Below, piece by piece: positions 24,292 to 35,624 of a DNA stretch of 64,000 nucleotides. The notes beneath the pieces were generated by a model. It ran no database searches. It was given only the letters and a program-made list of their open reading frames with translations, and was not told where the DNA came from. The DNA is from Gammaproteobacteria bacterium (GTDB lineage: Bacteria; Pseudomonadota; Gammaproteobacteria; UBA4575), in the NCBI GenBank assembly GCA_965222615.1, contig CBDCUI010000008.1, positions 1,024,001 through 1,088,000 of the forward strand, given 5' to 3'. The number at the start of each line of letters is the position of its first letter. Position 1 is the stretch's first letter. The position numbers and the translations under genes were made by a program.

Positions 24292-26362
24292 TAAATTGTA
24301 TTTAGGCAAACTATTTTATGCTTGGTTATGCATATTGCCATTACTATTATTTTTTATTCCGTGGACATATGCGAACTCTCTTCAATTTAAAACTTCAATT
24401 TTAGTAGATCATGTTGAAGGTCATGGTTTTGAATTAGAAGGGATAAAAATCATCTTTGACGTACAAGCAAAGAATGTTTCAAGTTATATAGTCGAAATAC
24501 AGTCGGCTTTATTACCAGTACAAAAAAGCCGGATTAAAGACATTGCCTTTACATGTAATGAGGGGCTGTTTTCGCAGCAGGAAATATCATGTATTGATGG
24601 TATGTTGTCATTTAAGGATCCGGTTATTACAGCAGACTCCTCACCAATAAACTTTCATATCAAAAAAAATGGAGAATATTCTCTCAGGATAGATTCAATT
24701 CAACTCGCGGGTGGTTTTACATCAGTTGATATGACTATGCAGCATGATAAATGGGTAGCTAATTTAAGTACACGGAATGTTTCTCTAGCTAAATTACAAT
24801 CTGTTCACCCCTATCTATCTGAGTTGTCTCTAGTAGGAAATTTGCAAGGCAGCTTGAGATTAGATGGCTACCGTTCAGTGATTCAAGCCATCATGGGTAA
24901 TGCGGAAGTGACAGGTTTAGATTTCTCCAATCAGGAAAGCACTAGCGTTGGAGAAGATGTTGCCGCTAAATTTTCTTTTAAGGCGCATCGAATAGATCAA
25001 TTGTGGAGAAGTGATATTTCATCCACAGTTTTTGCTGGCGAACTTTATTTCGATCCTATATTTATCGATGCAAATGAAAGCCCTAAGGATGTATATGGAG
25101 AGATTGCATGGGAAGTGCATACAAATAATATACAACTTGTCCCTCTGCATATGGAAGATCAGAATGCCGGTCACATGAAAATTTCAACCACATTTAATAT
25201 AGAAGAAAAGAAACCAATTGCACCCATAGAGCTAAATATTGAATATGCGATTTTGCCACAGGCATATAAAACTTATATGCAGCCATTTTTTTTAGATACA
25301 AATTTGGCTGATTTAACTACAAGCGGATCGCTGTCAGGCTCTGTAGAAATAGATGATGTGAATATAAGTGATGCGAATTTTGATCTTAATAGAGTTTCAT
25401 TTATTGATAAACAAAAACGGTTTGCACTTTTGAATTTAGATGGAAACATTGGATGGGGCGAGCGCTATATCGATACTGATTATAAGATGGAATTTGAGTC
25501 AGCTAACATTTATAAACTTCGCTTGGGGAAAACTGCGTTTTCATTTTCTAATCAGGGGGATTCGCTAAAATTAAATCAAGTAGCAAATGTACCTGTCTTA
25601 AATGGGGCGCTGAATATAGAATCATTTATAGTGTCTAATCCTGGTAAAGATGATCAAAGCATATCTTTAGATTTAAGCTTGATTCCCGTTTCTATGGCAA
25701 AATTGTCTTCAGTATTTGCTTGGCCTGAATTAAGTGGCGATCTTGCAGGTTATGCGCCGAATGTCACATATAAGCAAGGCGACTTGGATGTACAAGGAGC
25801 ATTATTAGTTAGGGCATTTAATGGGACAACCACTATTCATAATTTAAGGGCGCATGATTTATTTAGTGTAACGCCAAAACTATTTGCAGATATTAAAATT
25901 CAAAATCTCAATTTGGGGTCATTGACGGAAACATTCTCGTTTGGTGAGATCACTGGAAAACTAAATGGTTACATAAATAATTTGCAATTTGTTAACTGGC
26001 AACCTATACAATTTGATGCTTGGCTTGGGACTCCTGAAAATGATAAGTCCCGTCACAGAATTAGCCAAAAGGCGGTAGACAATCTCACGCAGATAGGTAA
26101 TGGTGCATCTAATATTTTTTCTAAAAGTTTTCTGCGGTTTTTTGATAGTTTTGGCTATGATCGTCTAGGCATAGGGTGTCGGCTATATAACTCTATCTGT
26201 GAAATGCGCGGAGTTGCGAATAGAGATAATGGTTTTTATATTGTAAAAGGAAGTGGAGTTCCAAGGATTGATATAATTGGATTCACAGAAAAAGTATCTT
26301 GGCCAGTATTAATAGCACGATTAAAGCGGGTGATAAGTACTCAGGATATTGTGGTTCAATAG
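24281..26362 (+). CDS. YdbH-like (AsmA-like) intermembrane lipid-bridge protein
   Basis: Long beta-rich exported protein upstream of a YdbL-like gene; start codon uncertain (GTG 24281 chosen). Confidence 0.65.
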   Translation: MRRNKLYLGKLFYAWLCILPLLLFFIPWTYANSLQFKTSILVDHVEGHGFELEGIKIIFDVQAKNVSSYIVEIQSALLPVQKSRIKDIAFTCNEGLFSQQEISCIDGMLSFKDPVITADSSPINFHIKKNGEYSLRIDSIQLAGGFTSVDMTMQHDKWVANLSTRNVSLAKLQSVHPYLSELSLVGNLQGSLRLDGYRSVIQAIMGNAEVTGLDFSNQESTSVGEDVAAKFSFKAHRIDQLWRSDISSTVFAGELYFDPIFIDANESPKDVYGEIAWEVHTNNIQLVPLHMEDQNAGHMKISTTFNIEEKKPIAPIELNIEYAILPQAYKTYMQPFFLDTNLADLTTSGSLSGSVEIDDVNISDANFDLNRVSFIDKQKRFALLNLDGNIGWGERYIDTDYKMEFESANIYKLRLGKTAFSFSNQGDSLKLNQVANVPVLNGALNIESFIVSNPGKDDQSISLDLSLIPVSMAKLSSVFAWPELSGDLAGYAPNVTYKQGDLDVQGALLVRAFNGTTTIHNLRAHDLFSVTPKLFADIKIQNLNLGSLTETFSFGEITGKLNGYINNLQFVNWQPIQFDAWLGTPENDKSRHRISQKAVDNLTQIGNGASNIFSKSFLRFFDSFGYDRLGIGCRLYNSICEMRGVANRDNGFYIVKGSGVPRIDIIGFTEKVSWPVLIARLKRVISTQDIVVQ

Positions 26363-26386
26363 GTAAAGGTGCAAATAATGTGCAAG

Positions 26387-26415
26387 GGAACTTATTCAAT
26401 TCCAAAGATATCTAA
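26387..26415 (+). promoter_or_regulatory. sigma-E-like promoter
   Basis: GGAACTT-N17-TCTAA, 30 nt upstream of the ydbL-like gene. Confidence 0.5.
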
Positions 26416-26444
26416 CACAAACAAAATTCGGGAAAAAATTTGTT

Positions 26445-27059
26445 ATGAATATTAAGCAACGCAAATCAATTTTTAGTAGTTTTGTATTAGCATTTTTACT
26501 TTCGGCATGTGTCACTATAAATATTTATTTTCCTGCTGCAGCGGCAGAAGATGCAGCACGGATAATAGTACGTGATGTACTCGATGAAGGTGAAGCAAGT
26601 GAATCAACCACTACAGGCGAAGAGACAAGTTACCAAGTACCTCATGTTACCTTGCATTATTTTGCTGCTTTGCTTCTAGATGTTTTAATTTCACCTGCAT
26701 ATGCTGAAGCAGATATCAATATTAATACGCCTGCTATTGCTACTTTGCGTGCGAGTATGAAAAGCCGTGCGTCTAGCTTAAAAACTTATTACGCAAATGG
26801 TGCGGTTGGTTTAACCACAGATGCAAATGTGCAGATAAGAGATCTTTCCGTGATACCACTAAAAGACCGCAATACTGTAAAGAAATTGGTAGCTGATGAA
26901 AATCGTGAGCGTGGCGCATTGTATGCCGAGATTGCGAGAGCCAATAACCACCCGGAATGGGAAGCCGATATTCGTGCAACCTTTGCTAAAGTGTGGGTGG
27001 AAGAGGTTCCTGCTGGCACCTGGTATCAGGCAGCTGATGGTAGTTGGGTGCAAAAATAA
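26445..27059 (+). CDS. YdbL (DUF1318) family lipoprotein
   Basis: Lipobox LSAC-VTINIYFP; C-terminal ENxxRxxLYxEIA...GxW YdbL pattern. Confidence 0.82.
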   Translation: MNIKQRKSIFSSFVLAFLLSACVTINIYFPAAAAEDAARIIVRDVLDEGEASESTTTGEETSYQVPHVTLHYFAALLLDVLISPAYAEADININTPAIATLRASMKSRASSLKTYYANGAVGLTTDANVQIRDLSVIPLKDRNTVKKLVADENRERGALYAEIARANNHPEWEADIRATFAKVWVEEVPAGTWYQAADGSWVQK

Positions 27060-27305
27060 CTTATTTTGCTAAGTGTGGTTTAAAATCTTCCTATAAACTG
27101 ATCTAAGTTAAACCGTCTATACAAGCGGATACTTGTAGGGTTTTAACGAATTTTTCAACTGCTGTGGTTTTTACTGGCCATTCCTATTGTCTGATTGAAG
27201 CTACCTTTGAGTGTTGGAGCAATAAATCCATCTTGCTTTACATTTGCTATCCATGTATCTGCTACAATTTGTATAACCTTCACATAGAGTGTCTAATAAT
27301 ATCTT

Positions 27306-28691
27306 ATGCTTAAAGAGAAAATTAATGAGCTTATTTGGCAGGCTGACATTAAAGAAATGCCGTGGTGGAAGGCTTGGCCATTAAGCATTGTTCGCTTTAT
27401 ACATGTCATATTGATTGACTTTATGGATGGCCAATTAAATTTACGTGCAATGAGCCTTGTGTTTACTACAATGCTTTCTATTGTTCCGGTCATTGCTGTT
27501 AGTTTCACTGTGGCAAAAGCCTTTGGTATGCATAACCATATGGAACCATTATTGCTAAATTATTTAGCGCCGTTGGGTGAACAAGGAAAAGAGATTGCCC
27601 AGCAGATAATGGGGTTTGTTGATAACATCAAAGTAGGCATATTGGGAGGAATTGGTTTAGCCTTATTGTTTTTAATTATAATCAGGCTAATACAAAAAAT
27701 TGAATATGCATTTAATTATACTTGGAGGGTTAAACATACTGGTTCTTTAGTACGAAGAATAGGAAATTACTTGATAGTAAGTATAGTAGGGCCACTATTA
27801 GTTTTCATAGCACTTGCAGTAACGGGCTCTGTTATGAACAGCTCAATCGCGCAAGCCATTATTTCTATGGAACCATTTGGGACGCTATTAAGTATTGGAA
27901 CAAAGCTTGTTCCATATTTGTTAATTATTGCAGCATTCACTTTTACTTATCTGTTTATACCTAATGCTAAGGTAAGGGTTGTCCCGGCATTGATAGGAGG
28001 AATAACTGCTGGAGTATTATGGCAGACGGTAGGTTGGGCTTTTGCAACCATTTTTTCCGCATCGATTTCAACAAGCTATACAGCGATATATTCAAGTTTT
28101 GCTTTTTTGTTTGTTTTTATGATCTGGTTATGGTGGAGTTGGTTAATACTTCTTGTTGGTTCAAGTGTTGCTTTTTATAAGCAATATCCTGAATACCTAT
28201 TTATTAATACACATAATTTATCTTTGACCAACAAACAAAAGGAAGAGCTTGCCTTAAAGTTAATGACGGTTATTGGTCAGCAGTTTTATAGAAACTCTCC
28301 CCCGATATCCGTAAATGATCTTGTAGAAATTTTGCATCTTCCTAAACAATGCATTGAACAACAGCTGCAGTTATTTGAATCCCATGGCTTGCTGATAAAG
28401 ATAGATTCAGACATACCAACTTATACACCAGCAAGACCGTTGGAGGAATTGAGCTTGAAAACGGTTGTTGACACCGTACGCGAACCTGGTCCAAATAGTC
28501 ATATTAAATCTGCATTAACACAGAAATTTCCTAGTATAAACTCTTTGCTAGGGAATTTAGATAAAGAGATAGGCCAGATCTTAGACAATAAAACAATGAA
28601 AGAGATTATCAAACAGCAAGATACGGATTCTAAGTATAATGATAATGCAGTGACTCCAATTACCTCAGGAATGAAAAGCAAAAATGAATAG
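27306..28691 (+). CDS. YihY/BrkB family membrane protein with C-terminal winged-helix domain
   Basis: LxFTTMLSIVP, IExAFNxxW, IYSSFA; soluble Rrf2-like tail. Confidence 0.88.
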   Translation: MLKEKINELIWQADIKEMPWWKAWPLSIVRFIHVILIDFMDGQLNLRAMSLVFTTMLSIVPVIAVSFTVAKAFGMHNHMEPLLLNYLAPLGEQGKEIAQQIMGFVDNIKVGILGGIGLALLFLIIIRLIQKIEYAFNYTWRVKHTGSLVRRIGNYLIVSIVGPLLVFIALAVTGSVMNSSIAQAIISMEPFGTLLSIGTKLVPYLLIIAAFTFTYLFIPNAKVRVVPALIGGITAGVLWQTVGWAFATIFSASISTSYTAIYSSFAFLFVFMIWLWWSWLILLVGSSVAFYKQYPEYLFINTHNLSLTNKQKEELALKLMTVIGQQFYRNSPPISVNDLVEILHLPKQCIEQQLQLFESHGLLIKIDSDIPTYTPARPLEELSLKTVVDTVREPGPNSHIKSALTQKFPSINSLLGNLDKEIGQILDNKTMKEIIKQQDTDSKYNDNAVTPITSGMKSKNE

Positions 28692-28737
28692 AGGTTATGT
28701 AGTTACTTTGGCTATATTTGCCAAAAGGTAAGTAATA

Positions 28738-29094
28738 ATGACAGAGCCTGTAATAGAAGAACTAAAATTAAAACTCAGAGAATTTGCGCAAGAGCGTGAT
28801 TGGGAAAAGTTCCATAGCCCAAAAAATCTTTCCATGGCCTTGTCTGTAGAAGCGTCTGAACTAGTGGAGAATTTTCAATGGATGACAGAAAAGCAAAGTT
28901 TTAATCTTGATCCAAAACGTCATGCAGCCGTAGCATTTGAGCTTGCAGACATATTTATTTTTTTGCTAAGACTATCAGATCAGTTAAATGTAGATTTAAT
29001 GGAAGTAACAAAACGCAAAATGGAGCTTAATAATAAACGTTATCCTATAGACATGGTCAAAGGCAGTTCTAAAAAATATAGTGAATATGAATAG
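28738..29094 (+). CDS. MazG-like nucleotide pyrophosphohydrolase
   Basis: RDWEKFHSPKNL, EASEL, ELAD, KRYP. Confidence 0.9.
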   Translation: MTEPVIEELKLKLREFAQERDWEKFHSPKNLSMALSVEASELVENFQWMTEKQSFNLDPKRHAAVAFELADIFIFLLRLSDQLNVDLMEVTKRKMELNNKRYPIDMVKGSSKKYSEYE

Positions 29095-29169
29095 CTAGAT
29101 AAACGTTTCATCTAGTTTTCAACAAAATAATAATTCTGAAACTAATCTTTAACTTTCTAATGCTTAGTT

Positions 29170-30351
29170 GTGTCTGAACCACTGCAAAATTTATTTGTCA
29201 ATGAAAGCAATTTGACTATTTTAGGTACTGCGCACGTGTCACGTGCAAGTGCAGATACTGTGCAAAAAATGGTACGTTCTGAAAGGTTTGACGTAGTTTG
29301 TATAGAACTTTGTCAAAGTCGTTTCAATTCTATTATGCAACCTAATTCATTGGCAGAAATGGATTTGTTTAATGTTATACGCCAAGGTAAAGCAAGCATG
29401 GTAACCGCGAGCCTGGCCTTAGGAGCTTATCAGCAAAGATTAGCCGAACAACTTGGAATAGAGCCTGGCAAAGAAATGAAAACTGCTATTGTGGAAGCAG
29501 AAAAATTGGGCTTACCACTAATTTTAATAGATCGAGAAGTAGGGACTACACTTAAGCGTGTTTATCACAATGTACCTTTTTGGAAAAGAATTTATTTGTT
29601 TGCAGGATTATTTGGCAGTGTCTTATCTCGTGATGAAGTTTCAGAAGAAGAGATTGAAAAATTAAAGAGTGGGGACATATTAGAGACCACTTTCACACAG
29701 TTTTCTGAAGATGCAAAAGAGTTATTCATACCTTTGATTGATGAGAGAGATCGGTACATGGCTGCAAAATTATTACAAGTCACTGAAGATCATAGCAGTC
29801 GTAACATACTAGCCGTTGTAGGCGCTGGCCATATTAAAGGTATGAAAAATTATTTAGAAAGCACTAATTTGGATGCTGAAAATACGATTAAAAATTTAGA
29901 TGCGGTACCTAAAAAAGCATCATGGCTTAAGTTAATTCCGTGGATAATTGTTGGGTTAGTATTTGTGGGATTTTTTCTTGGTTTTAGAAAAAGCCCAGAT
30001 CTTGGTTGGAGTTTAATTGGGCAATGGATTGTAATTAATGGTGGACTATCTGCATTAGGTGCCGCAATAGCAGGTGCTCATATTTTAACAATTTTGGTTG
30101 CTTTTTTAGCTGCTCCAATTACGTCATTAAATCCAACCATTGGTGCTGGTATGGTAACGGCGGCTATGGAATTGTTTCTCCGCAAGCCTGCAGTTAAAGA
30201 TTTTGGAGAACTGCGTAAAGACACAACTACAATTAAAGGTTGGCGCAAGAATAGAGTAGCTAGAATACTATTAATATTTCTTCTAAGCAGCTTGGGTTCT
30301 GCGATTGGAACCTATGTGGCAGGGTTTAGGATATTTAATCAAATAACCTAA
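29170..30351 (+). CDS. TraB/PrgY (GumN) family protein
   Basis: GTAHVS, ERDRYM, VVGAGH; C-terminal TM region. Confidence 0.9.
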   Translation: MSEPLQNLFVNESNLTILGTAHVSRASADTVQKMVRSERFDVVCIELCQSRFNSIMQPNSLAEMDLFNVIRQGKASMVTASLALGAYQQRLAEQLGIEPGKEMKTAIVEAEKLGLPLILIDREVGTTLKRVYHNVPFWKRIYLFAGLFGSVLSRDEVSEEEIEKLKSGDILETTFTQFSEDAKELFIPLIDERDRYMAAKLLQVTEDHSSRNILAVVGAGHIKGMKNYLESTNLDAENTIKNLDAVPKKASWLKLIPWIIVGLVFVGFFLGFRKSPDLGWSLIGQWIVINGGLSALGAAIAGAHILTILVAFLAAPITSLNPTIGAGMVTAAMELFLRKPAVKDFGELRKDTTTIKGWRKNRVARILLIFLLSSLGSAIGTYVAGFRIFNQIT

Positions 30352-30377
30352 TAAAGCAGGGTTTACATAGCTTAATG

Positions 30378-31397
30378 TGTGTGATTCACAGACATGGTTT
30401 CAAATTTCTGACTTGTAAATCTAGCTGGTAGTTAGCTTCTTGTATACGTTCTTTTTCAGGATGATAGTCTTTTAGGACTTCTTCTCTAAGAGGGGTTTTA
30501 TCCAGTAAGTGGCAAACTTTCTCCATAGGGGTTTTGCCTTTTAAGGAGCCATGTGTACGTTGCCAATTATAGTAGTGTTGCCATTCTGGAAGAGTGAGTT
30601 GCAACTCATCAAGATCAAGTTTTGCGGTTGCGTAAAATTCTTCTTTATCAGTTCGTTGAGAGCGTTCAACTTTACCGTTAAGATGAGGGGAGCCAGGTTT
30701 ATTGGGCCTGAATTTAATGCCGTGTTCTATCATTTTTTCTTGAACCTTTACAGCAAAAAACTCACGCCCTCGATCTGTTTGTATACGTTGAATAGGAAAA
30801 GGCATCTCTTCAATCACTTGTTCTAGAAATTGCAATGTATTGGCTGCTGTACGTCTTGAGAAGGCTGCTAAAACCCTGTATCTAGAGCAATCATCAATCG
30901 CCGTGTATTGGTAAATACCATGTGTAATTTTACTGGTATCCATCTGTATGCGATCACCAGGTATCGGCCTTTGATATCGAATATAGCCCGCTTTCTTTCG
31001 ATTACGCTTAAGTGGCTTAACGTGATGCTTAGTCAGTATTTTGTGAATCGTTGCTAGTGATAAAGAGTAGTCATGCTCACGTAAAAGTTCGTTTTGAATA
31101 CGTCTTGCACCGAGTTTACGCTGCTTTCTAAGGCTCAGTATCCAAGCTTCTTCTTGTTGACCAACTTTTGTATTAGGTGAGTGATGAGGCCGTCTACTGC
31201 AATCTCGTAAACCATTTAAGCCATCTTTCTCATAACGCTTCAACCATTTGCGTAAAGTGGGTCTTGAAATACCACAACGACGACAAACTAACCCTGCATT
31301 TTGGGTTTCCATATACAGGTCAACCCATACCAATCTTTGTTTTACTTGCTTGTTCATAGGCATCCATTTTAGTGAAAGGATGTCTGTGAATCACACA
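30378..31397 (-). mobile_element. IS481 family insertion sequence (1020 bp)
   Basis: 18-bp perfect terminal IR TGTGTGATTCACAGACAT; flanks TTAATG / CTAATG form a near-perfect 6-bp duplication. Confidence 0.92.
30386..31363 (-). CDS. IS481 family transposase
   Basis: N-terminal HTH; DDE core (QMDT, QTDRGREF, NGKVER). Confidence 0.95.
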   Translation of the reverse strand: MPMNKQVKQRLVWVDLYMETQNAGLVCRRCGISRPTLRKWLKRYEKDGLNGLRDCSRRPHHSPNTKVGQQEEAWILSLRKQRKLGARRIQNELLREHDYSLSLATIHKILTKHHVKPLKRNRKKAGYIRYQRPIPGDRIQMDTSKITHGIYQYTAIDDCSRYRVLAAFSRRTAANTLQFLEQVIEEMPFPIQRIQTDRGREFFAVKVQEKMIEHGIKFRPNKPGSPHLNGKVERSQRTDKEEFYATAKLDLDELQLTLPEWQHYYNWQRTHGSLKGKTPMEKVCHLLDKTPLREEVLKDYHPEKERIQEANYQLDLQVRNLKPCL

Positions 31398-33500
31398 CTA
31401 ATGGTTACGATCTACAAATGAGCTTGATTTATGCGATGTTAAAATTTTAGCTAAATCAGTTGCAATATTTGCAGTTTCGTCAAGTAAAACATCAATATAT
31501 TCATCATCATCATCAAGCTTATTTAAATTATCTTCGGTGTTTTTTAAGTAGTTTTGATACTTAGAACGTGTAGACTCATACAACTCGTATTCTTTCCTTC
31601 GTTTAGACTCAAGTAATGAAACCGTTTCTTGATTTCTTAATTTAAAATCTAGCTCTAATAATTTTACTAGCGAATTAAATTTTTCGTCTTTTCTAATGCG
31701 GGCAGTATGTAAACTCGAAGTATTTCTAATGATCTGATCATTAACTGAGCCATAATGATAGTTAACTGGAGAAATTGAACTCCATGGCAACGCATTTTTA
31801 AGTGCGCGTTCACCATATTTCTCTCCTGAAAAAATTGTATTGAAATCGATGTCTGGTTCAACACCACGATGTTGTGTACTGCCTCCATTAACTCTAAAAT
31901 ATTGTGCAATAGTTGCTTTTAATTGCCCGAGTTTTTCATCACGTTTAGCATCAAAATTATTTAAATCGACTAATTGTTGTACAGTACCTTTCCCAAATGT
32001 TGTTTCGCCAACTACGATACCACGGTGGTAATCTTGTATTGCACTTGCAACTATCTCAGAAGCTGAGGCACTAAATCGATCAACCAACACAACCAACGGG
32101 CCTTTATATGAAATGCTTGAATCTAGATCTCGATGGACTTCTATATGCCCATTTGAACTGCGAACTTGTACAATGGGCCCATCATTGATGAATAATCCTG
32201 TTAACTGAGTAGCTTCAGTTAATGATCCGCCTCCATTGCTGCGTAAATCTAGAATCAACGCGTCAATATTTTCAGAATTTAAGTTCGAAATTAAGTTGTC
32301 TACATCGCGTGTTGTACTGCGATAGTCTGAATCTCCTCGTTGGTAGGCTTGGAAATCTATATAAAATGCAGGTATATCAATCACTCCAATTTTATAGTCT
32401 TGCTTAGAATCCTTAATATGTATGACTTCGCTTTTTGCAGCTTGTTCTTCTAATTTAATTTTGTCACGTGTGATTTGAATTTCTTTTATTTTCGCATTTT
32501 GACCTTCATCACCAGGTAGAATTTGTAAACTTACTTTTGTGCCTTTAGCACCGCGGATAAGTTCAACTACTTCTTCTAAACGCCACCCAACTACATCTTT
32601 AAATTCTTTTTCATCTTGTTGCGCAATGCCTATAATGCGATCACTTGCATGCAATAGATCACTTAAATCTGCTGGTCCCCCAGGGATAATTCTTTCTACC
32701 AAGGTATAGTCACCATCAGTTCGAAGCAGTGCGCCAATTCCTTCGAGTGAAAGGCTCATACGTATTTCAAAATTTTCTGAAGTACGAGGAGACAAATAAC
32801 TTGTATGTGGCTCTAGTGTGCTAGCAAAGGCATTAATAAATAGCTGATAAACGTCTTCTGAATCAACCTGTTGGCTTCGCCTTGCAATAGCGTTATAGCG
32901 TTTTTCTAACGTTTCTTTAATTTCATCGGGATCTTTGTCCGCTAGTTTGAGCGAGAGAACATCATTCTTAATACGTTTCCGCCAAATTTCATCGAGTTCA
33001 TTTTTATTTTGTGCCCAATCCAGGTTTGAACGATCGATAATTAATTCCTCGTCAATCGTAAAATCGAATTTTTTATCTAAAAGATTTATCGCATACAATA
33101 CACGCTCTTCCACCCTAGCTTGATAGAGACGAAACATTTTAAATGGGGTGCCGAGTTCAGGGTTATCTAAAGCTTCATCAAACTTAAACCTGAAAACATG
33201 AAAGCTATCGATATCTTTTTGATAAAAATAGCTTCGGTTTGGATCTAATACATCTATGTAAGCGTAAAGTATTTTGTCGGATAGGTTGTTGTTAAGTGTA
33301 AAATTTTTATAATGATACTTATCTAAAAAGTGAGTAATCAGTTTAGTAGCACGAGTATGTTCTTTTTGAGGTGCTAAAGAAGATTTAGTATTTCCATAAG
33401 TATTTGGAGTAATGGCTAATACCGTTACCAAAACAACGAGGATCGTAAGTGGAAATGTAGGAAATTTAAACAATATTATTTTAGACATTGAAATATCCAT
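31398..33500 (-). CDS. prc: carboxy-terminal processing protease
   Basis: EGIGA PDZ domain, DLRSNGGG, SASASEI and GKGTVQ motifs. Confidence 0.93.
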   Translation of the reverse strand: MDISMSKIILFKFPTFPLTILVVLVTVLAITPNTYGNTKSSLAPQKEHTRATKLITHFLDKYHYKNFTLNNNLSDKILYAYIDVLDPNRSYFYQKDIDSFHVFRFKFDEALDNPELGTPFKMFRLYQARVEERVLYAINLLDKKFDFTIDEELIIDRSNLDWAQNKNELDEIWRKRIKNDVLSLKLADKDPDEIKETLEKRYNAIARRSQQVDSEDVYQLFINAFASTLEPHTSYLSPRTSENFEIRMSLSLEGIGALLRTDGDYTLVERIIPGGPADLSDLLHASDRIIGIAQQDEKEFKDVVGWRLEEVVELIRGAKGTKVSLQILPGDEGQNAKIKEIQITRDKIKLEEQAAKSEVIHIKDSKQDYKIGVIDIPAFYIDFQAYQRGDSDYRSTTRDVDNLISNLNSENIDALILDLRSNGGGSLTEATQLTGLFINDGPIVQVRSSNGHIEVHRDLDSSISYKGPLVVLVDRFSASASEIVASAIQDYHRGIVVGETTFGKGTVQQLVDLNNFDAKRDEKLGQLKATIAQYFRVNGGSTQHRGVEPDIDFNTIFSGEKYGERALKNALPWSSISPVNYHYGSVNDQIIRNTSSLHTARIRKDEKFNSLVKLLELDFKLRNQETVSLLESKRRKEYELYESTRSKYQNYLKNTEDNLNKLDDDDEYIDVLLDETANIATDLAKILTSHKSSSFVDRNH

Positions 33501-33764
33501 ATAACAACAGCCGTTTCTTAAAATCAGTATTTATATTTGTTAAGTATATAGGTAAATAGGACCCATTTTTTAGCATTGGGCGTACAAATATTGGTAATAA
33601 TAGTTGACTGAAGCCAATATGTATATGTAAACAACTGATTGTAAGAACTATATTTAACTTGCTATGCTTCAGAGGTAAAAGCTGTATCAGATGTCTAAAT
33701 AGGCTGATATCAGGCGGGCCAATGGCTTAATCATTATAAAATCGATATTAAAGTACTTAATCCA

Positions 33765-35252
33765 TTGACTGAAAATAGAACTGTATTAATCGGGAAAAGT
33801 GATGTACTGCAGACACTTTTCTTAAATCGTGCCAACCGTCATGGCTTGATTGCCGGGGCTACGGGTACAGGCAAGACGGTCACATTACAAATTCTTGCAG
33901 AAGGTTTTTCTCAGGCCGGGGTACCTGTGTTTGCTGCCGATATCAAAGGCGATTTAAGCGGTATTAGCCAAGCTATTGAATCGAAGCCTAAGCTTGTAGC
34001 GCGAGCTGTCAAAACAGGTATCGAAAACTACACGCCTCGAGGTTTTCCAACCTTATTTTGGGACATCTTTGGTAAACGAGGTCATCCAGTCCGTACCACG
34101 GTTTCTGAAATGGGCCCACTACTACTCTCAAGATTATTAGAACTAAATGATACGCAAGAGGGCGTGCTGAACATCACCTTTAAGCTCGCTGATGATGAAG
34201 GGTTATTGCTTTTAGATTTCAAAGACCTGCGCGCTATGCTTAATTATGTAGGCGAACATTCATCGGAGTTAACCGTTGACTATGGAAACGTTAGTAAGCG
34301 GTCTATAGGTGCTATACAGAGAAGACTATTGGTTTTAGAACAGCAAGGGGCAAAAAACTTTTTTGGTGAACCTGCGTTGGACTTGAAAGATTTAATGAAA
34401 ACCAATGAAGATGGAATGGGTTTCATTAATTTACTCGCTGCAGATAAGCTAATGACAAGCCCACGCTTATACTCAACCTTCTTATTATGGTTATTGTCAG
34501 AATTATTTGAAGAGTTACCCGAAGTGGGCGACCCAGATAAGCCTAAGCTTGTTTTTTTCTTTGATGAGGCGCATTTGCTATTTAAAGATGCTCCCAAAGC
34601 TCTTGTTCAGAAAGTAGTACAGGTAGTTCGCTTGATACGCTCTAAAGGAGTAGGAGTTTATTTTGTTACTCAAAATCCAATTGATGTACCTGATGAAGTA
34701 TTGGGACAGCTGGGTAATAGGGTTCAACATGCACTGAGGGCATATACTCCACGAGACAAAAAAGCAGTAAAAGCTGCTGCCACGACATTTAGGGAAAATC
34801 CAAACCTCAATACTGAAAAAGTAATCACTGAATTAGGAGTAGGTGAAGCGCTAGTTTCGGTTTTAGACCTAAAAGGTGTGCCGACAATGGTACAACAAAC
34901 CTTAATACGACCTCCTGAGTCTAGGATGGGGCCTGCGAAGCCAGCTGAACGAAAAGCTGTGTTTGCAAAAAGCCCAATTAAAGGTGTCTATGATAAAAAA
35001 ATAGATCGGGAAAGTGCTGCTGAAAAACTGAAAGCGCGTACAGAGAAAGCCGCGCAAAAAGCAAAAGAAATTGAAACAGAAAGAGAATATAAAGCAAAAA
35101 AAGCCAAACGAAAGAGCGCGAGTCGGGAAAAACGTACCAGACGTGAATCTACCACCCAAACAGTGATAAAAAGTGCTACTAAAATTGCCACATCGCGTTT
35201 GGGTCAATCGATTATAAGAGGGGTGTTAGGCTCAATATTTAAAGGCCGCTAA
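33765..35252 (+). CDS. DUF853/YjgR HerA-like ATPase
   Basis: [20 protein letters not shown] and QHALRA motifs. Confidence 0.92.
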   Translation: MTENRTVLIGKSDVLQTLFLNRANRHGLIAGATGTGKTVTLQILAEGFSQAGVPVFAADIKGDLSGISQAIESKPKLVARAVKTGIENYTPRGFPTLFWDIFGKRGHPVRTTVSEMGPLLLSRLLELNDTQEGVLNITFKLADDEGLLLLDFKDLRAMLNYVGEHSSELTVDYGNVSKRSIGAIQRRLLVLEQQGAKNFFGEPALDLKDLMKTNEDGMGFINLLAADKLMTSPRLYSTFLLWLLSELFEELPEVGDPDKPKLVFFFDEAHLLFKDAPKALVQKVVQVVRLIRSKGVGVYFVTQNPIDVPDEVLGQLGNRVQHALRAYTPRDKKAVKAAATTFRENPNLNTEKVITELGVGEALVSVLDLKGVPTMVQQTLIRPPESRMGPAKPAERKAVFAKSPIKGVYDKKIDRESAAEKLKARTEKAAQKAKEIETEREYKAKKAKRKSASREKRTRRESTTQTVIKSATKIATSRLGQSIIRGVLGSIFKGR

Positions 35253-35348
35253 GTAGATTTATTTTTATATCTGTGTTGGCTTTAGTTATAGTTTTGTGTC
35301 TAAGTTAAGTTTTGCTATAGGTTTTTAACTATTATTGGGGAAACTAGT

Positions 35349-35624
35349 ATGTTTGGGACATTTTTATTATTTATTATATATGTTGTAACCTCGCTTGGCG
35401 CATTAGTAAGTTTAATTGCCGCAGTGTTTTTTTTCTTAAAGACAAAGAACGAATTGCACCGACCTAGGGAAATTGCAGAGATATTGAAAGAGCCTTCGAT
35501 TTTTATGTCTGAACATGAGTTTAGTGAGGATGGAAATCAATATCGTCTCTGGTTTTTGCGATTACTGAGCACAGCTGCTGGCCTTATTGTTTTATATATA
35601 TTATTAAAGCTAATTCTTGCCTAG
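35349..35624 (+). CDS. hypothetical membrane protein
   Basis: 91 aa, two hydrophobic helices. Confidence 0.6.
   Translation: MFGTFLLFIIYVVTSLGALVSLIAAVFFFLKTKNELHRPREIAEILKEPSIFMSEHEFSEDGNQYRLWFLRLLSTAAGLIVLYILLKLILA

Noticed and set aside
33765-35252. HerA-type anti-phage defence system
   Set aside because: The sequence is the common YjgR/DUF853 type, with no adjacent nuclease or sirtuin partner.
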